Below the pieces are notes generated by a model that was given only the letters and a program-made list of their open reading frames with translations, had not been told where the DNA came from and ran no database searches. 64,000 nt of DNA from positions 687,294-751,293 of the forward strand of contig NMRA01000041.1 in the NCBI GenBank assembly GCA_002633005.1. Reading direction: 5' to 3'. The translations under genes were made by a program, and so were the position numbers. The stretch comes from Phoronis australis. Lineage: Eukaryota; Animalia; Phoronida. Numbering within the stretch: position 1 is the first letter of the stretch; each line of letters begins with the position of its first letter. Of the stretch, positions 49,411-63,980 are shown piece by piece.

Positions 49411-51784
49411 CACTGAGATGAACGGCTACAGTTAGAGTGTGATATTGATGAAGATACGTTCTGGGACTTGATTGTGAAATTGTTGTAAACTGGTTACATT
49501 GTGTTTGTATTGACACATTCCCTGATTCTTTTATGTTTTATATGTATACAGCGTGATACTTCGTGGACTTGGGTACGGTAAACGGTGGGCTTTATGTCGT
49601 TAGTCGTCTGCATTGTTTGCGCAAGTGTGTATGCCGTGCAACTCGAATTTTAAACAGGACCGAAAAATGGAAAACTTACATTATGGTAATTATCGATTCC
49701 GATGTAACTTTTTACCAACTTAAACGGGTATTTGTGCGCCCAGACTTCTTTATTTTTATGAAAAACATAATGTTTATTGCTTGGAACAAAATCAGATTTT
49801 ATGGGGCATCTGCTTCATAAATAAGTCATAAATCATCATTTTCTTGTGCGAGATCACAGAAGTACTGAACACAGTTCTTATATTGAAAGCAGCAAGTGAA
49901 GGACGATTTCTTGCGACATTTATTGCAATCTCATCAATTATTTTAAATATTTGGTAAGATTTAAAAATTGAATTGCAACGAAATTTCAGGTATTTCTTCA
50001 AGTGCCCAAAAAGCCACCCAATAATCATTTTTGTGTTTTCTGCAGACCATCTCATTGTTCCTGCTTGTGATGTCACGCCAACTGGGTGCGCAACGTGTTT
50101 TAAAAATTAAATAGCAGGTACGAATTGAGTTATTCGTGTCAACGTATCTTATTAACAAGAAGTGAAGTCTGTATTGTCGATAACAACAGCAACAGTTCAT
50201 AGACGCTCAGTACATGTATATTATTTAACTGTGGTAAGTGCAAGAGATTTACACATTATGCCAAACGGATGTTTCTATTTTTCTTTGCCACCCTTGAAAA
50301 TGTTCAAATCTGTTGTACGTGTAATATACGCAAATTCTTTTGAACACCTTTTTTTAAACTTCCTGAGATACACATGACTAGTCGTTTACGGTGGTTGTCT
50401 TTATGTATACGACACATCTACGTGTTAAAATGTAAATAGGGTCATTTTTTATTTCGAATATCACAAGAGTTAATTGCGATCGAAAACTTGTGTGCAAATA
50501 TATTTTTGCAATTATGACTTTCTTAATTTGAACCCCCCCCCAAAAAAACAAAAAAACAAAGGGCTTTTGTCAGTATGATGATTATTTTACATTGTTTGGA
50601 TCGTGAAGCGGGCAGAAACCAAAAACACGAGGCGAGACGACACTGATTCCAAAAACAAATCAAGAGTTAAGGTTTCACTGCGTTGCTCACAAAAGGAAGA
50701 CAGGCAGCTCTTTAGCTTTTATTTTAACTTTGTGGATAAATGTAGGTGCAAACCTGTTTACACATTTAGATTTGGAAAAATCGAAGTTTCACTTGCTTTT
50801 CCCACTGGTTTGTCACAGCGTGATTGACCCGGCCGGCAGATGGCGTAATATAACTCGTGATATCGCCAGTATACCCCTGACAATAGTTGTTGGTTTTGCG
50901 AGGACGTTACAGCAAAAAAAAACAATCGCACATTTAAAAAGATCCGTTTCCCGAGAGATTTTGTCTGCAGTCGTTTATACGCATTAGCGTTGATAAAACT
51001 CGATGATATTTTCAAAACGGGTGCTTGCACTTCCATGGCGATGTGTTGGATACCAATTAGGGAAAGCCGTGAAACAGTGATTTCGTTAACGTCTAGGGGA
51101 AACCAGAGATCGAAGAATGGTGGCTACTTGACTCTTATGGACATGCGATCACATTTCGCCGACAAATTCTATTTGCCAGTGCGCGCACAAAAAATTGATG
51201 ATTGGCAGATGACAACCGGTACGTGAAAAAAACAAAAGTTCTGTTACAATAATTCTAACGCTTACACATATTCTATGGCCTACTGCTTCAACCGCCATTG
51301 GAGAGATATCATGTCTCTGCCCACGTGATTCACGTCCTTGCGACCTCCGTCCAAAATACAAGTTACTCCCTACCCTAACCATCTTATTAAATGTGATGTC
51401 CATGCTCCCTGCACTAGGCCGGCCACCCTTCCTGCCCACGTCCGATTGCACGACAATTCAACTCATAATTAAAAATGCGTGACTACCATCGATAAGAAAC
51501 ATTTATCGATTTTCTAACGCCTAATCCGTTCAATAACCCCATTGTTTGCAGTTTGGTTCATCAAAAATTAATGTTAATTAGCGGCGAATCAATTGTCCGA
51601 TTCGACAAACATTTTCCGAACCTATTCGGGTCATAAGAAGCCCTTCAGCGGCTCATCAACATAGAAGGGGAGAGCACGTCAACGAGAATTGGCCTTGTCG
51701 TTATCGGCCACAGTCCCGCGATAAAAAACAGTGCCTTCTCAAACAGACAACTGCGAGCAAGTTGCTTGCATGCTTTGAATGAAT

Positions 51785-54700
51785 ATGGGTAAAGTTTCTT
51801 TTAGCGCCCTCGTGGTGGTTTTGGCGGTAAGTACGTGGATTTACATTTTTCTACTTTAAAGCATTGTGTACCTGTTTGTATTTAATGCATATCCTCCTTA
51901 CAATTTTAAACATGTAATTTATATTGAAACGGCGTGTTTGTGTTTCGCTTCTGTTTGTACATGAAATGCAAGCTAACGCTGTACGCAAACAATAACGTAA
52001 ACAGTGCGTGCAATCATGATAAAAATAAGTGTGCAGCTAGAGTTATTTTTCAAAAATGATTTTTTAATCGAGATAGTGATATTTTTAAGAGTTAAGAATT
52101 GCGTAATTGAAATAGAATACACGATTAATCCAGTAACGATAACGTATACGTAAAAATATCATAGTCTGATATTTCACTTTTTAACATATTTGAAATTCCA
52201 TGACTGATCACTATTAGGAATGGTAAGAATTCAATTGTATTACAATATTTAGTAGTCCCCCGTTATAGTGTTTGTTTGTTTAGTGATTTTGTATAGTCAA
52301 TGAATTGTCATCTCAGCGGGTGAGAGTAATAGGTTAGACTGGTCCTGAATACAAATACCGGGTTAAGAGAACACAAAATGAGGTGCATAAAGAATAACAC
52401 TGGTTACCATGAATAACAGTACACATAGTTCCAAGTATGGGCCACAAATTTCTTCGACAGTTATCTAGTTTGTCGAAGTCGTGGCCAAAACCAAGGAAAC
52501 TAGATGTGAATAACACAAATTGATTGGAAAAACTATGCTACGAAACCTCACCGATTTTCAGCGAAATCAGATTTCGTCAAAATTCGTCTGGTGTTATCAA
52601 AGTTATTGCAAAAAGCCAAAAGAAACTGAGGGGGAATAAAACTAAATCATTTGAAACTTGGGCTGAAAATTTGGTTCAAATTTTGTTAAATGTTGACAAG
52701 AAAAATCGTAAAACTTTTCGAAGAACTACTGTTTAGGTACTGACGATGGCTACAATAAACTACTCTTATCGTTTGATGTTTTTCTACTTTAATTTAAGCA
52801 CGTTTCGAAAATGACCTTTCTCTTAATGACTGTTAGTGTTCAGTAAACTCAGGAAATATCAGCAGTATGATCATTTAATGTGAATTGAAATTTTGTTTTC
52901 AGGGGATATTTGTTACCACGGCAGGTAAGTCTAACTTTTGCATTTTTCATTGTGTTGACAAGACTAAAACATTATACTTTAGATCCATCGTTGATAAGGA
53001 ATTACTTACTTGACTTTGAAAGGGTCAGACAGCAAATGCTTTGACTTTTATGGTTCAAAAGTGTTGACTGGTCGTCTTACCAGGATGACCATTATATAAT
53101 GCATAATAGTATAGGTAACAACTTGCGATTGCATGAAAATATGACTGTTTCCTCTGTTTTATTATTTGTACTTGATTTAGTGAGCTACTTAAAGGTACAT
53201 TATCGGTTTTACGGTCGAAAACGCATTTTCGTGATTGTTGTTGGATGGTACAAAGTTTTTGAAATTATTAGCTTTGGCCGGGGCTATAAAACAATAAAAT
53301 CTATTGTTTTTAACTTTATTACAAATCTTCAGTTCACGGCGATGTCTACCAGTCGTTCCGTGAAATCTAGGCCTGTGACTATACCACTTGAATACATTTG
53401 AAATATTGTATCATTTATCCAATGAGATTTAACTCATCAGCAGACAGCTTATGAGTGCTAACGCGATGGTTGCCGACTGGAATCCGCGTTTGAACTGATT
53501 TCAGAAAATCACCGTCTCGCCGATATTGTCACTTTTACTTAAGTTTAGACGTTTTTATTGATGAGATAACGTTTAAGTTATCTCAAAAAATAATGAGACG
53601 ACGTGCTCACAGAATTTAATTGCTGTGATCTTCGTTATTTGTCGTAATGGACCTTACATTTACTTGTTATTTCAGACGGCCAGTCACCATGTTATGACTT
53701 TGTGAACGTCACAAGTCAGTTTACATCCATGTTCAACTTCTACGATCCTGCTGCGCTTTCGATAGAAGTGTGTCGGTATGGATGCGCCGGGAAAAGTTTT
53801 CGGTGGGTGTTGCTTATCACTGCGTTATCACCTATACTTGGCTTAGTTGAAAGTGTAAAACTTTAGTTTACTAATTGGAAATTCTGAAACACTTTTCTAT
53901 CGCAATCACGTTTACTGGGGAGAAATGGACGTTACGAATCATCAGTTTAACAAGACTTTGAAAAAGCAGACGCTCTTGATCCAAGTTGAGCATACACAAA
54001 AGTTTCATGGAAATATTTTTTCTACATTATAATATTTTTTTAAGAAATTGTCTAAATATACCAATTGATGATCTGGACTTTTAATACAATGCTTATAAAT
54101 ATACTTTGCTAGTTCTAGAATCATATTATGAACTTCTGTATTTTTTGGTTGTAGCTATCTGACAGTTAGTAAAGGGATCTAAGCCCAAATAGCGAATTTA
54201 CCGTTTATATTACAGGTACTCCGGAATCATGGCAGGCCAAGCCTGTTTCTGCAGCCAGACTCTATTCGAGAACACGACATCTGCAGACCCATCGGTTTGT
54301 TCGAGTACATGCACGGGAAGCCAGGTATGGCCGGTAGTTAAGTATTTTTACCATGACCGCAGATGTAGCGCTCTCTATTTAGTGGTCAAAACGAACCAAA
54401 AGTTTACCTTAATTTTGTCCCAACCGATATCTGCAAAACTTTGCCCTTACACAAATACTGGATATGGTGAATTCATTAATGGTAGGCTATAGTCTCAAAC
54501 ATGCTAATTAGTCGCTGTGAACGCGAACATGTTACGATAATAGTGAGGGAAAACAGTTGCGCAGTAACTGAATACTCGTATTCTGCCAATATCAAATCCA
54601 TTTGGAAATTTTGATAAATGTCATGTGTTCATTTTTTGTGTAAAGTACTTTAGACATTTTACTCAAGTAAGCACTCTATATATTGCAGATTCGCTATGAA

Positions 54701-57700
54701 ATAGATAATGAGTCTGGGGAGAGCGTTGGCAAATATTAGACTACTGTATTTTCTATACTCGTGTTTACAGACGATTGAGATCTATTTACTGAAAACTTGA
54801 ACTTGTTTGTAATTTAGATATTCAAGTCATTATACTAAGCGAATTCAAAATTACGCCAGAAATGTTTGAAATGTCTAATCATGAAATGAGGCCTAATTGT
54901 ATTGCCTGCAATATTCGTATAAGCTGAATCGCAATTATAATAAAATGCCGAAGCAGACCTGCAAGACATTGAAAGTAATTTGCTGCAGTGAAATCGTTTA
55001 TGAAATTAGTTAATCAATTTCTGGAGCTTATTAGACACAGCGTGTCTAAACTTTGTGGCTCTTACTTAAATATTTGCATATAGGTGCATGCGCCTAATTC
55101 CAGATATAAGCACAGCTTTTCATAAGCGTACTTATGGAACTAATCCTGCACACATACGGCACGTAGGTTAGAAGTACTTTGACGCACACAAAAGGTGACA
55201 TGATATAAATGTGAAAGTCTGACTTAACAATAACCTGAAATATTACTCAGATTGCATTTATTTATTTTTAAAGGAAACGTGCGGTGGACCGACAGCTTTA
55301 ACTGTTGCAGAGACACCAAAGCTAGTCAGTGGCTTCACTGTATCCGCCCCTGGTGAGTATTCAGCACATCAAAAAGACTTTCAATATTCAACATCACAAC
55401 TTTCATTATTCAACATCACAACTTTCAATATTCAACATCACAACTTCAAGTTTGTATGCAGTGATTCCATAGCCGCGTCTCTAAGTCCCAGCTTTGGATC
55501 CTGGCCCTTAACTCCAGTGCCGGACACCATTCCCGCTGTACAGACCCTGCACCCTCTTAAGTCCGCACTACGCGCACCGACAATGCTTCATACCCGGTAA
55601 CCAAAATTACTTACGCGAACCCATAGCCCAGGTTGGGCTAAAGAATTGACGGGCTGTCGGAATTATTTGTCGCACTTGGCCAACCGCACAGGTGTGGTGT
55701 ATTCCTTTGGCATGGCCCGTATTGTCAAAACTTGAAATCTATTGGATACGTTAGTAACGTGCCACAACATAATTTGTCATTCAATGCCAGTCAATCCCTT
55801 ATAACCCCACTTCTGCCAAATGCGCATGTGGGCATGCTCATCAAAGTTTTTTGATATCGATAGTGATAAAAAAGAACTTGGCGTTGGATAATGTCCATCA
55901 ATATTCACTCACTCTTCATGAATCAATTTCTTAAGGATTAAATATTTGAATTATTATTAGTTTTGCTCGAATATGAAAATGCCGAAAATGAAAAAAATCT
56001 CCTGACAATGCCTGTTCTACCAAGGAGTTTCATAAGCAATGGTGAAATTTGGGAAGTAACTTTTCGCCAGTATAAATATTGATTAATCACATTGCATTAT
56101 CGATCAGTTATGTAAAGGATATCAGGTTTCAAAATGTTTACGTCAACAAAAATTCCCGTGAATGATATTTATATTGATGATGTGTGAAGTTTCAGCGTGG
56201 AACTCTTCTCAATGACTATTCCCACAGGAATGGTCAGTGCGCTTTTTATCTGAATTCCACTAAAACTACGTTAAACCGCGTCTACGAGTCCAGTTTCCTA
56301 TGCAATTAAGAAGCGTCAGTTTGTTACATTGAATCATTTTATTGATCCTGTTCACGTCAATCAATTAAACAAACAACTCAGTAGAGGATGAAGTTACTGA
56401 AGAGAAAAATTCGAAAATCCACGATCGATAAAATACTACCATGAGGCGCGTCTTACCACTTATTAGAAAAGCAATTTATTCTTTCAATTCGGTATCATTG
56501 TTTAATTTGCTTACGTTTGCATCCCGCGACGAAAAAAATCAATTGGTCAAATCAAATACCCATTATCGGCATTGATTTAGCCGATATGAGGCAGCGTCTT
56601 ACTGTAAAGACTGCCAGTATTGGCATGCAATTAATTGAGCTAATAGCAATCCTAAATGATATAGAATTTGATAAGGAAGATGTAGCGTGGTACTTTTCAG
56701 TCTCTACTGCGTCCAATTAGATGGCAAGACATTTATGTGTATACGAAAATCAACTAAGAATGAGTCCGAGTGGTCTTCCTCAGAACAGTTTTCAATAAAT
56801 TTCAACTGGCAGTTGAGAAGACCGAATTATTATCTTCTCCTAAAGGCACAATAAAAGCAATCGTCGCCATGACTGAACAGTTTTTCAAAGTCGGAACTCA
56901 TGTACAGCTCATCCAGCTGCTGTCGGTAGTCAGAAATATTTCTTCACTGGAGACAGTTTTAATATTTTGTTCTGCGAGCTTCAACAATGTCCTATAAGTT
57001 TTTAAATCGCAATTCGTTGATTGCTCATTAGTAATCATGTTTTGGTGCTTCGTAATTTGACATCATTCATTACGTCGACCGGCGTAGCCAGTATCTTACA
57101 CGACTGCTTAACTCCATTCTCGTATTTATGTTTGGAGAGACAGTTCTCTTTTGTTCGATAATTGCTCTAATCAGATAAGATCGTATCGAGCCTGAGTTGG
57201 CTGTGCTTTTAAAAATAAAAGATAAGTTATGAACTGTTCGAACACGCGCCAGACAATTCGGAACTCCTTCTCAAATGCTAGTTGTGTTCAGTTTTTGAAT
57301 CACCAAAATCGCCCAACTGAACCGATGTTAAGACAATCTATTCTACCCGAACGCAGATACAAAATTCTTATGTTTGATCCAATACTTTGTTTTTAACATT
57401 ATATACAAACTTTAATAAAGATATTACGCCTGTTGCGTTGGCTTCATTTAGTTTCGCGCATTACCATCATGGTCAAATTAATTATGCTGCGCGTGAGCCT
57501 GGAATCTTGCTTTATCTCAAGATCGCGTGAGCGTGAACTTGGAATACAAGAGGAAGCTTGACAAGTTCACTCAAATAATCACGTTCACGTTGATTAAAAT
57601 TTTTATCCCATACGCGTTGAATCTGTCGAGGGATATACGGCCATGTAATAAAGTTTTCCGTATTCACCTCCGCGCTACTTCAACAGTGACCTCTGACATG

Positions 57701-60700
57701 GAAAGTTCAAAAGGTAGGTCAATGTCGACTCGACGCCGTTAGCCGGTTTCGATTACCAAACTTTCGGAAAATAGTTTAAAGTAATACGATTATAGCAGTG
57801 TAAATAACGCTCAACATACAATCAGGTCTACATCATAATATCTGGAACAGGACTGTTAATTATATGACAGTCCTATCTCAGTTTTCATTTGCTAAATATT
57901 TTATCGTCAGTACTGAACTCAGGCGCCGATTCCTCGGTAACTACAGTATCAAATATTGTTGTTATTTAACTATTTTCAGGAGATATTACAATTTCAATGA
58001 AAAGTTACCCTTGTTTTCATCTTTTTTATCTCTTTTCAAGTAATAAATCGTCACATTTAAAACTGTTTCTTTTACCAGAGAAACCTTGCATCCTAACGCG
58101 CAAGTACATACATAGAGGATGTGATCCGCCACGTGAACAGTCTGAGTGAAGTACTGTAAACATCTGCGGAAAAAATGAAAGAAATTTAGGAATTCGAAGC
58201 GCATGGGATAAATACTCGACATTATTCCACGTATCGACCTCGACCTTCGGTCTCGGTCAATACGCGTAATAATGTCTCGTGGGATATTACTTCATGTACG
58301 CCACTCTCGGTACGTTTTGTGTATGTACTGCATTAAGTCAAATTCCATGTTAATAAAATAACGTAAATTTGAACCAATCCTTTTTCAACTATTGGCGATC
58401 TTATTCACTACAACAACAATTCATTTAGAGATTCCTATATTCCTCCGATTCTTTGTGAAGCTAAAGGAGAAAATGGGTGATCACGAGGCCAATAATTACA
58501 AAACTTCTTTACATTGAACAAAAAAATCATCTGAGTGTCCAAATAAATATCAAGTTCACGCATACGCGATCTTGAGATTAAGCAGGATTCCAACGGTTCA
58601 CGCCACAGCAATTACAAAGCTAAGGTCACGTGGTTCCTACACACCATTCGAGCGCTGGATTTCTCCTAAACGTGAAGATCAGTGTGTTGTGAATGCGTGG
58701 TTAAATTTCCCATAAAAACACAATTGTTCACGCTCACACTATGAGCGAGATTGCTAGAGGTCATGAAACCCGGGACGAAGAATTTTTATTTTGATAATTT
58801 TAAACAAATTGGACATCTTGAAAAATTATTCGTCTAGATTCCTGGAATCTGACCTTTTTCCACGTAAAAATAACCTTCGGCGCTCCCCTGGTAGGGCCTA
58901 TCCCGTGTGCGCAAAGACGGCAAACTTGGTCCAGGCTTTGCCGGTGCCGTCCATTTCAGTTGCGTGGCATCAACGGAACTCAAAAGCAAACATCCCGTGA
59001 AGTATGAAAACGCATTTGAAGCACATGCAAACTTTTGACTGTTTCAAGATCTATTAACTTAGGAGTTTTATTTCACAAATCAAATTTTCACTCGCTTTAA
59101 GAATTTTTAAACTTGGACGTTCAGCACGAAAAAATCACCGATCCAAAAACAACTTGAAAATGGCCAACTTCGACCGCGGCTTTTATCATATGATAGAACC
59201 ACCTACGACCCAGTGTGCGGTATTTAACGAAACGGGTCGCTGGGGTCCTCTGTAATGGCGTACGTTGAATTATCATGGTGTCCAGAGCTAGTGATCCGAA
59301 AAAGCCGCACAATCGGAAATTCCTAGCTTTCAAAACGAACGGGTGGAGTGGCTTTAACAAACCAGCTCGAGAGCACCTCTACTTGTCAGTCGCCGGGAGT
59401 TATAATGCTTCCTGGAATCCACTGCTCCAGTGAAGCTGAATCTTTCATGGAACAAGTTCCAATGACAATGCTGATAAAATATTGACCGTGAAACTGAGAA
59501 AACATTACTTCGGGCTTCTATCTTTTATTCATTTTTATTGTTCTGTATACCACCGGGATGTCGAAAGCCGGTACTGCTGGGAGTTCTGTGACCTGGTTTC
59601 GGTAGTAGTCTGGAAGATAATCATTGGCCTGTATATTGTCACACCAGACCAAGACTGTGCTCACTGTGCTCTGGCATATGACAGCGTTTTCCCGCTCAGT
59701 GACTTTACAAGACGTAGGGGGTTGTGAGCGTGTGATAACATCTAGCTTCTTTGTTAACTGCCAAGCACACTCTTTTATCTGTTATGACAACAAGCAGGCC
59801 AATTATCTACCAGGCTTATTACAGACCACGTGTGAGCACAGTCGTCAAAGTGAATTGGTCGTGTATTCCGGATAGGCAAAGACCATCGCCTCTGTTGGCC
59901 CGTCGGGCCAACAGAGGCGATGGTCATTGCCTACTTCGGAAAGAATAGATTGTCGACAACTTCGGTTGCAGTTGGGTGATTTTGGCGATTTAAAAATTAA
60001 ACACGATCGCCATTTGACGAAGATTTCAGAAATGCTATTGGTTTATGTTCAAATATGTTATCACTTATTTTTAACAGCACAGCCTCAGTTAGGGCCGGTA
60101 TAGATACGATCTTATTGGAGATTAGAGAAATTATCGAACAAAAGAGAGCTGGCCCTCCAACCATAAATGCCATCATAGTTAATCAGTCGTGTAAGATATT
60201 GGCTACAGGGGTCATCTTCCTAGTTGTTGGACTATAGAATCGAACAAGTTGGCCGGGAGCAACAGGAAAACGCCCGGAGTAAGGTGTTATCACACAAGGA
60301 CAGAAATGCATTGGGAAAATCGAAAAAAAATGAAAAATATCAACTGTAAAATATTCTTCATATATGGCCGTAATTAGTTTGCTGAGAATAATGTACCATT
60401 GATAACTTCGCAATATTAGTGGCTGGGCGCAATATGATCCAGAGATGGTCTTTGCTAGGTCTATGGTTTCTACCGACAGGTGGCGATCATGCTGAACGCC
60501 ATTTGTCGGTCAACGCGGGTCATTCGAAGATGAAGTACTGTTGAAGAATAACTGCTAACATTGCCTGTGACACAGTCAGTGTCTCAATGCGTAATGACAC
60601 CCTTACGAGCCTTTTCGTTCGGTGTCACTTCGCAGATAATTTTATAAACATTTTCATTGTCACATTTGAAAGGCTTCGAAGCCTTGAACTTAGCAAACTT

Positions 60701-63700
60701 ATCTGTCATCCACAGATCAAGTGTTGTTCTTGGTTCATTGCTCGAACTTTGAAAATAGTACTGCTTGTTCCTGTTGTACATAAATGATATCCCAATTGGT
60801 CTGTCTGGTAAAACCAGACAATGTCATGGATGGTGCAGTACTGAAATAAGTGAGGGGGCCATAGCCCCCCCCTCCCCCAGCTTTGCGACCCTCTTTCACC
60901 ACCCATGTCACATGGGCACAGAGCACTGAAATAAGTGGGAGGAAGGGGCTGTAGCCCCCTCCCCCAGGCCCCTATGGTGTGCCGTGAATGCATGTATTTG
61001 CAAACGATACAATATGTTACAACTTTGCCAACTCAGCCGCTGACAGAGTGGCTGACTGCAGACAGATCCTGATAATCTTGATCTGCCCGTGGGGGAACAA
61101 GTGGCTTATGACTTACCACCTAGGCAAGTACAGTGCCCTCACTCTGACGAGAAAATACCAAGTCCAGCCCACCTCCTATGTGCTTCACAATCACACGCTA
61201 GAGTTGGTAAAGGAGACTACATATTAATGGGTGTTATATGATCTCGCGCGTCCTCAGATGGTCGTCCCACATAAGCAACATCCAGAAGAAAGCTAATAAA
61301 ATTTAGGCTTTCTTTGACAAAACTTGCATATAAACAGCCAATGATGTAAAGAGTTTGTGTATAAAGCTATGATTTGCCCTACCTTGGAATCTGCATCTAC
61401 TAGCTGTTTGGGATCCTATTCCTGCCACAAAGATGTTACTGCTGCAGAGATACAGTACTGAGGAGAGCCGTGGGCTAGGTCACGAGACAGTTCAACTGTC
61501 TATCCTCTGTTGAGTCTATGTTAGATACCTTAAACTGGCCCACCCTTGACCACAGATGCAAAATCTGGCAGCTGAAAACGTTTTAGAAGTACGATAAAAA
61601 GTTGGTGATCATCAACTCTGATGTTACCCCTGTCGCAGATTCTGCTCTCTCTCTGGCATCTGTACCAAAAGGACATATAGTTATAACATTCCAATGAATA
61701 GTACAGATTACCTGAAAAAATTCTTTCCTAGAACAGTCGCACACTGGAATAGCTTGCTGGGCTTCATTACAGCCCCATCTCTTGACATCTTTGTCAGCAA
61801 GCTATCTGCCTTCATGAAGTAACTCTGCAAAATCCCTCCATCTGGGGCACCTGCCCTATTTGTAAATGACCTAGCCTCTAGCTCTGTTAACAGATCTCTG
61901 CAGTTACGTCCTGTATGTATATTATTTTTAAACTCGTTACAGTTGTTTTTGTCTTTGTTGATCTTCATTGTTCTACAGTGACATAATACTCTGGAGAAAG
62001 TGTGGTCACTTGAACTAAGAAGAAGAAGAGCTGAGGGCAGCTGATTTATATCTGAATTGCTGTACACTAATAACCGAGGTAATAATGTTAATTTTCAGAA
62101 AATAATGTTCCAATGTTCCAAGATGTTAACATCACATTCTCGGTGGAGTTTGGTGCTGTGGCTCAATACTCTGTGGATTTTGGTGATGGACTGAAACTGA
62201 CCACACCGGACAACATGACCTCTCACAAGTTTCATGCTTATGGGAACTTGCTTATCCAAGCTGATGTCTTGGACGTGGAGGGCAATTCTAAGGCCAGCTA
62301 TACCAACATACAGGTACAACATTTTTGGAATTAACTTAAATTGTGGAAACATTCAGAAACATTTAGTACAAGTGTTTGGGTGTTTAGGTGAAATGTCAGT
62401 AAATTCGTCACCAATTTAGTACACAATATTCTGGTGAAATGTAATTTATTTTGTTATAAAGTTTTCCACAAAAAGGATTCACAAAATTTTAGTCTATTGT
62501 TCTGCATGCATGTGAACTGGAGCGTTTGACAAAGTTTCTGTTATTTGCAGCCAGATAATCAGCCTACTAATGGAAAAATGACAAGTACTTTTCACAAAAA
62601 TGAATGATTGTCTTACAATTGATTTACTTACTAGCAGTTTGTTGAAATCAAGCAAACTGACAAAAGTTTTAATTAAATGGAAGTGAAACATTAACGATGT
62701 CAGTGTAATAAAAAATATCTTTTCAATAGCGATCTGCCATCTTGTTAACTTTGATTACTTTTTTGCTGTGAGTACTGTTTAATATGTACTTTTATTATTG
62801 TCTCGACCACAGCCGATTAACTTTCATCGACGCCATTGTAGTTATACTCGCAGTTTTTTGTCTTGTTTAACATTCACCATTCATTGTTTACTGTCTCCTT
62901 ATGTTACATGTACCATTGTTAGAATTATTCAAACAAAAATGGAGAAAATGGGCAGCAACTGTTAGTTTGAGAAAATTTCATCTCCAATTTTTTCATGCAA
63001 AATTACCGAGAGATTGCCATAACTGAAGTTTGCTTTTGATCAGTTGTAACAGAATATCATGCATTTTACAGATGGCCATGCCACTGAGCACTGTGAAAGT
63101 GTTAACTGACGCCACGCTTCCTACAGAACGCGTTGTGGTGTTTGACATCTTCGTTGCCACGGGATCTGGTGTCAATTTGACTCTTGACGTTGACGATGGC
63201 ACAGAAATACCGCCATTCCAGTTACCTGGTAAGCTGTGTGTTTAGAGGCAATATGCTGTTGTCAAGTAGTTTACATGTAAATTCTTGTGTCGACAATTAT
63301 TTTAGTGTGTAGTTTGCACAAGCATACATGTCAATCATTTTGCTCTAACCGTAGCAATTTTTGTAAAACTCAAAGCAAACCATAGCACTGATGAGAACTA
63401 GTCAAAATACTGATTGTTCAAATGCCAAAATGCATTACATGCTTGCGGCACAATCTTGTAAATCTTGTTAGTCTGCATTAGCCAGTGAGTGATGAACAAG
63501 AAGGGAAGGTTCAATTGTAAATCAGATTATTTCAGCAAAAAAGATTTGCCAGTATGAGTCAAAATGAAGGTTTGAGTAATTTAGCTATAGAACATAACAA
63601 GTACATGTAATATGTAGCAGTTTAGTGCTATGACTTAGCACTACACAAACAATGAGACACAAATTAGTACATAAGAAATATGTTGTTTGACATGCATGCA

Positions 63701-63980
63701 TAAGGTTTCATTTGATGCCTTCTTGAACCTTTATCCAGAACAATTTACCAAATTGGACGTGCAATGCTTGCTCTAAGTGGCAAATGAGTTAAGTCCTGTG
63801 ATGCTGAGTTTCATTGCAGACAACAAGATCGAGTATGTGGGCCCCGAGTGGGGTGTTGAAGATGAGAGCACTCTCACCACACGCAAGACATACCTGATGA
63901 TCAACCACTTGATAAAGAATACTGGACACGTGCTAGGGTGGAAGTATAATGCCAAGACAACTGGCGATATTAAATTCCAG
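51785..63980 (+). CDS. WSC- and PKD-domain extracellular protein, polycystin-1/REJ-like, 5' part only
   Basis: Exons 51785-51826, 52903-52924, 53676-53802, 54216-54324, 55274-55352, 62099-62313, 63072-63228, 63820-63980, all phase-compatible GT-AG. Signal peptide MGKVSFSALVVVLAGIFVTTA; WSC pattern CY...SIEVCRYGC...YSGIMAGQACFC...C...CTG...CGG; PKD motif YSVDFGDG. Continues past the window. An in-frame ATG at 51779 is an alternative start. Confidence 0.85.
55378..55445. repeat. 22-bp tandem repeat, 3 copies
   Basis: ctttca(a/t)tattcaacatcacaa repeated just after exon 5 of the WSC/PKD gene. Confidence 0.85.
57490..58603. mobile_element. MITE-like element with ~55-bp imperfect TIRs
   Basis: GGAATCTTGCTTTATCTCAAGATCGCGTGAGCGTGAACTTG inverted as CAAGTTCACGCATACGCGATCTTGAGATTAAGCAGGATTCC. 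Confidence 0.7.
59873..59933. mobile_element. 61-bp hairpin made of the two termini of the 15299-16168 foldback family
   Basis: 30-bp arms with 1 mismatch and a 1-nt spacer; the right arm matches 16140-16166 (CGGGCCAACAGAGGCGATGGTCATTGCC). Confidence 0.85.
60560..62030 (+). mobile_element. 5'-truncated decayed non-LTR retrotransposon (CR1/L2/Crack-like RT 3' end)
   Basis: Fragments LLFLLYINDIP, VFANDTICY (FADD-like), YKAMICPTLES, WDP and FFPRTVAHWNSL; (AAG)n tail at ~62017-62028. Interrupted by CATG-type MITE copies at ~60825-60990. Confidence 0.8.
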
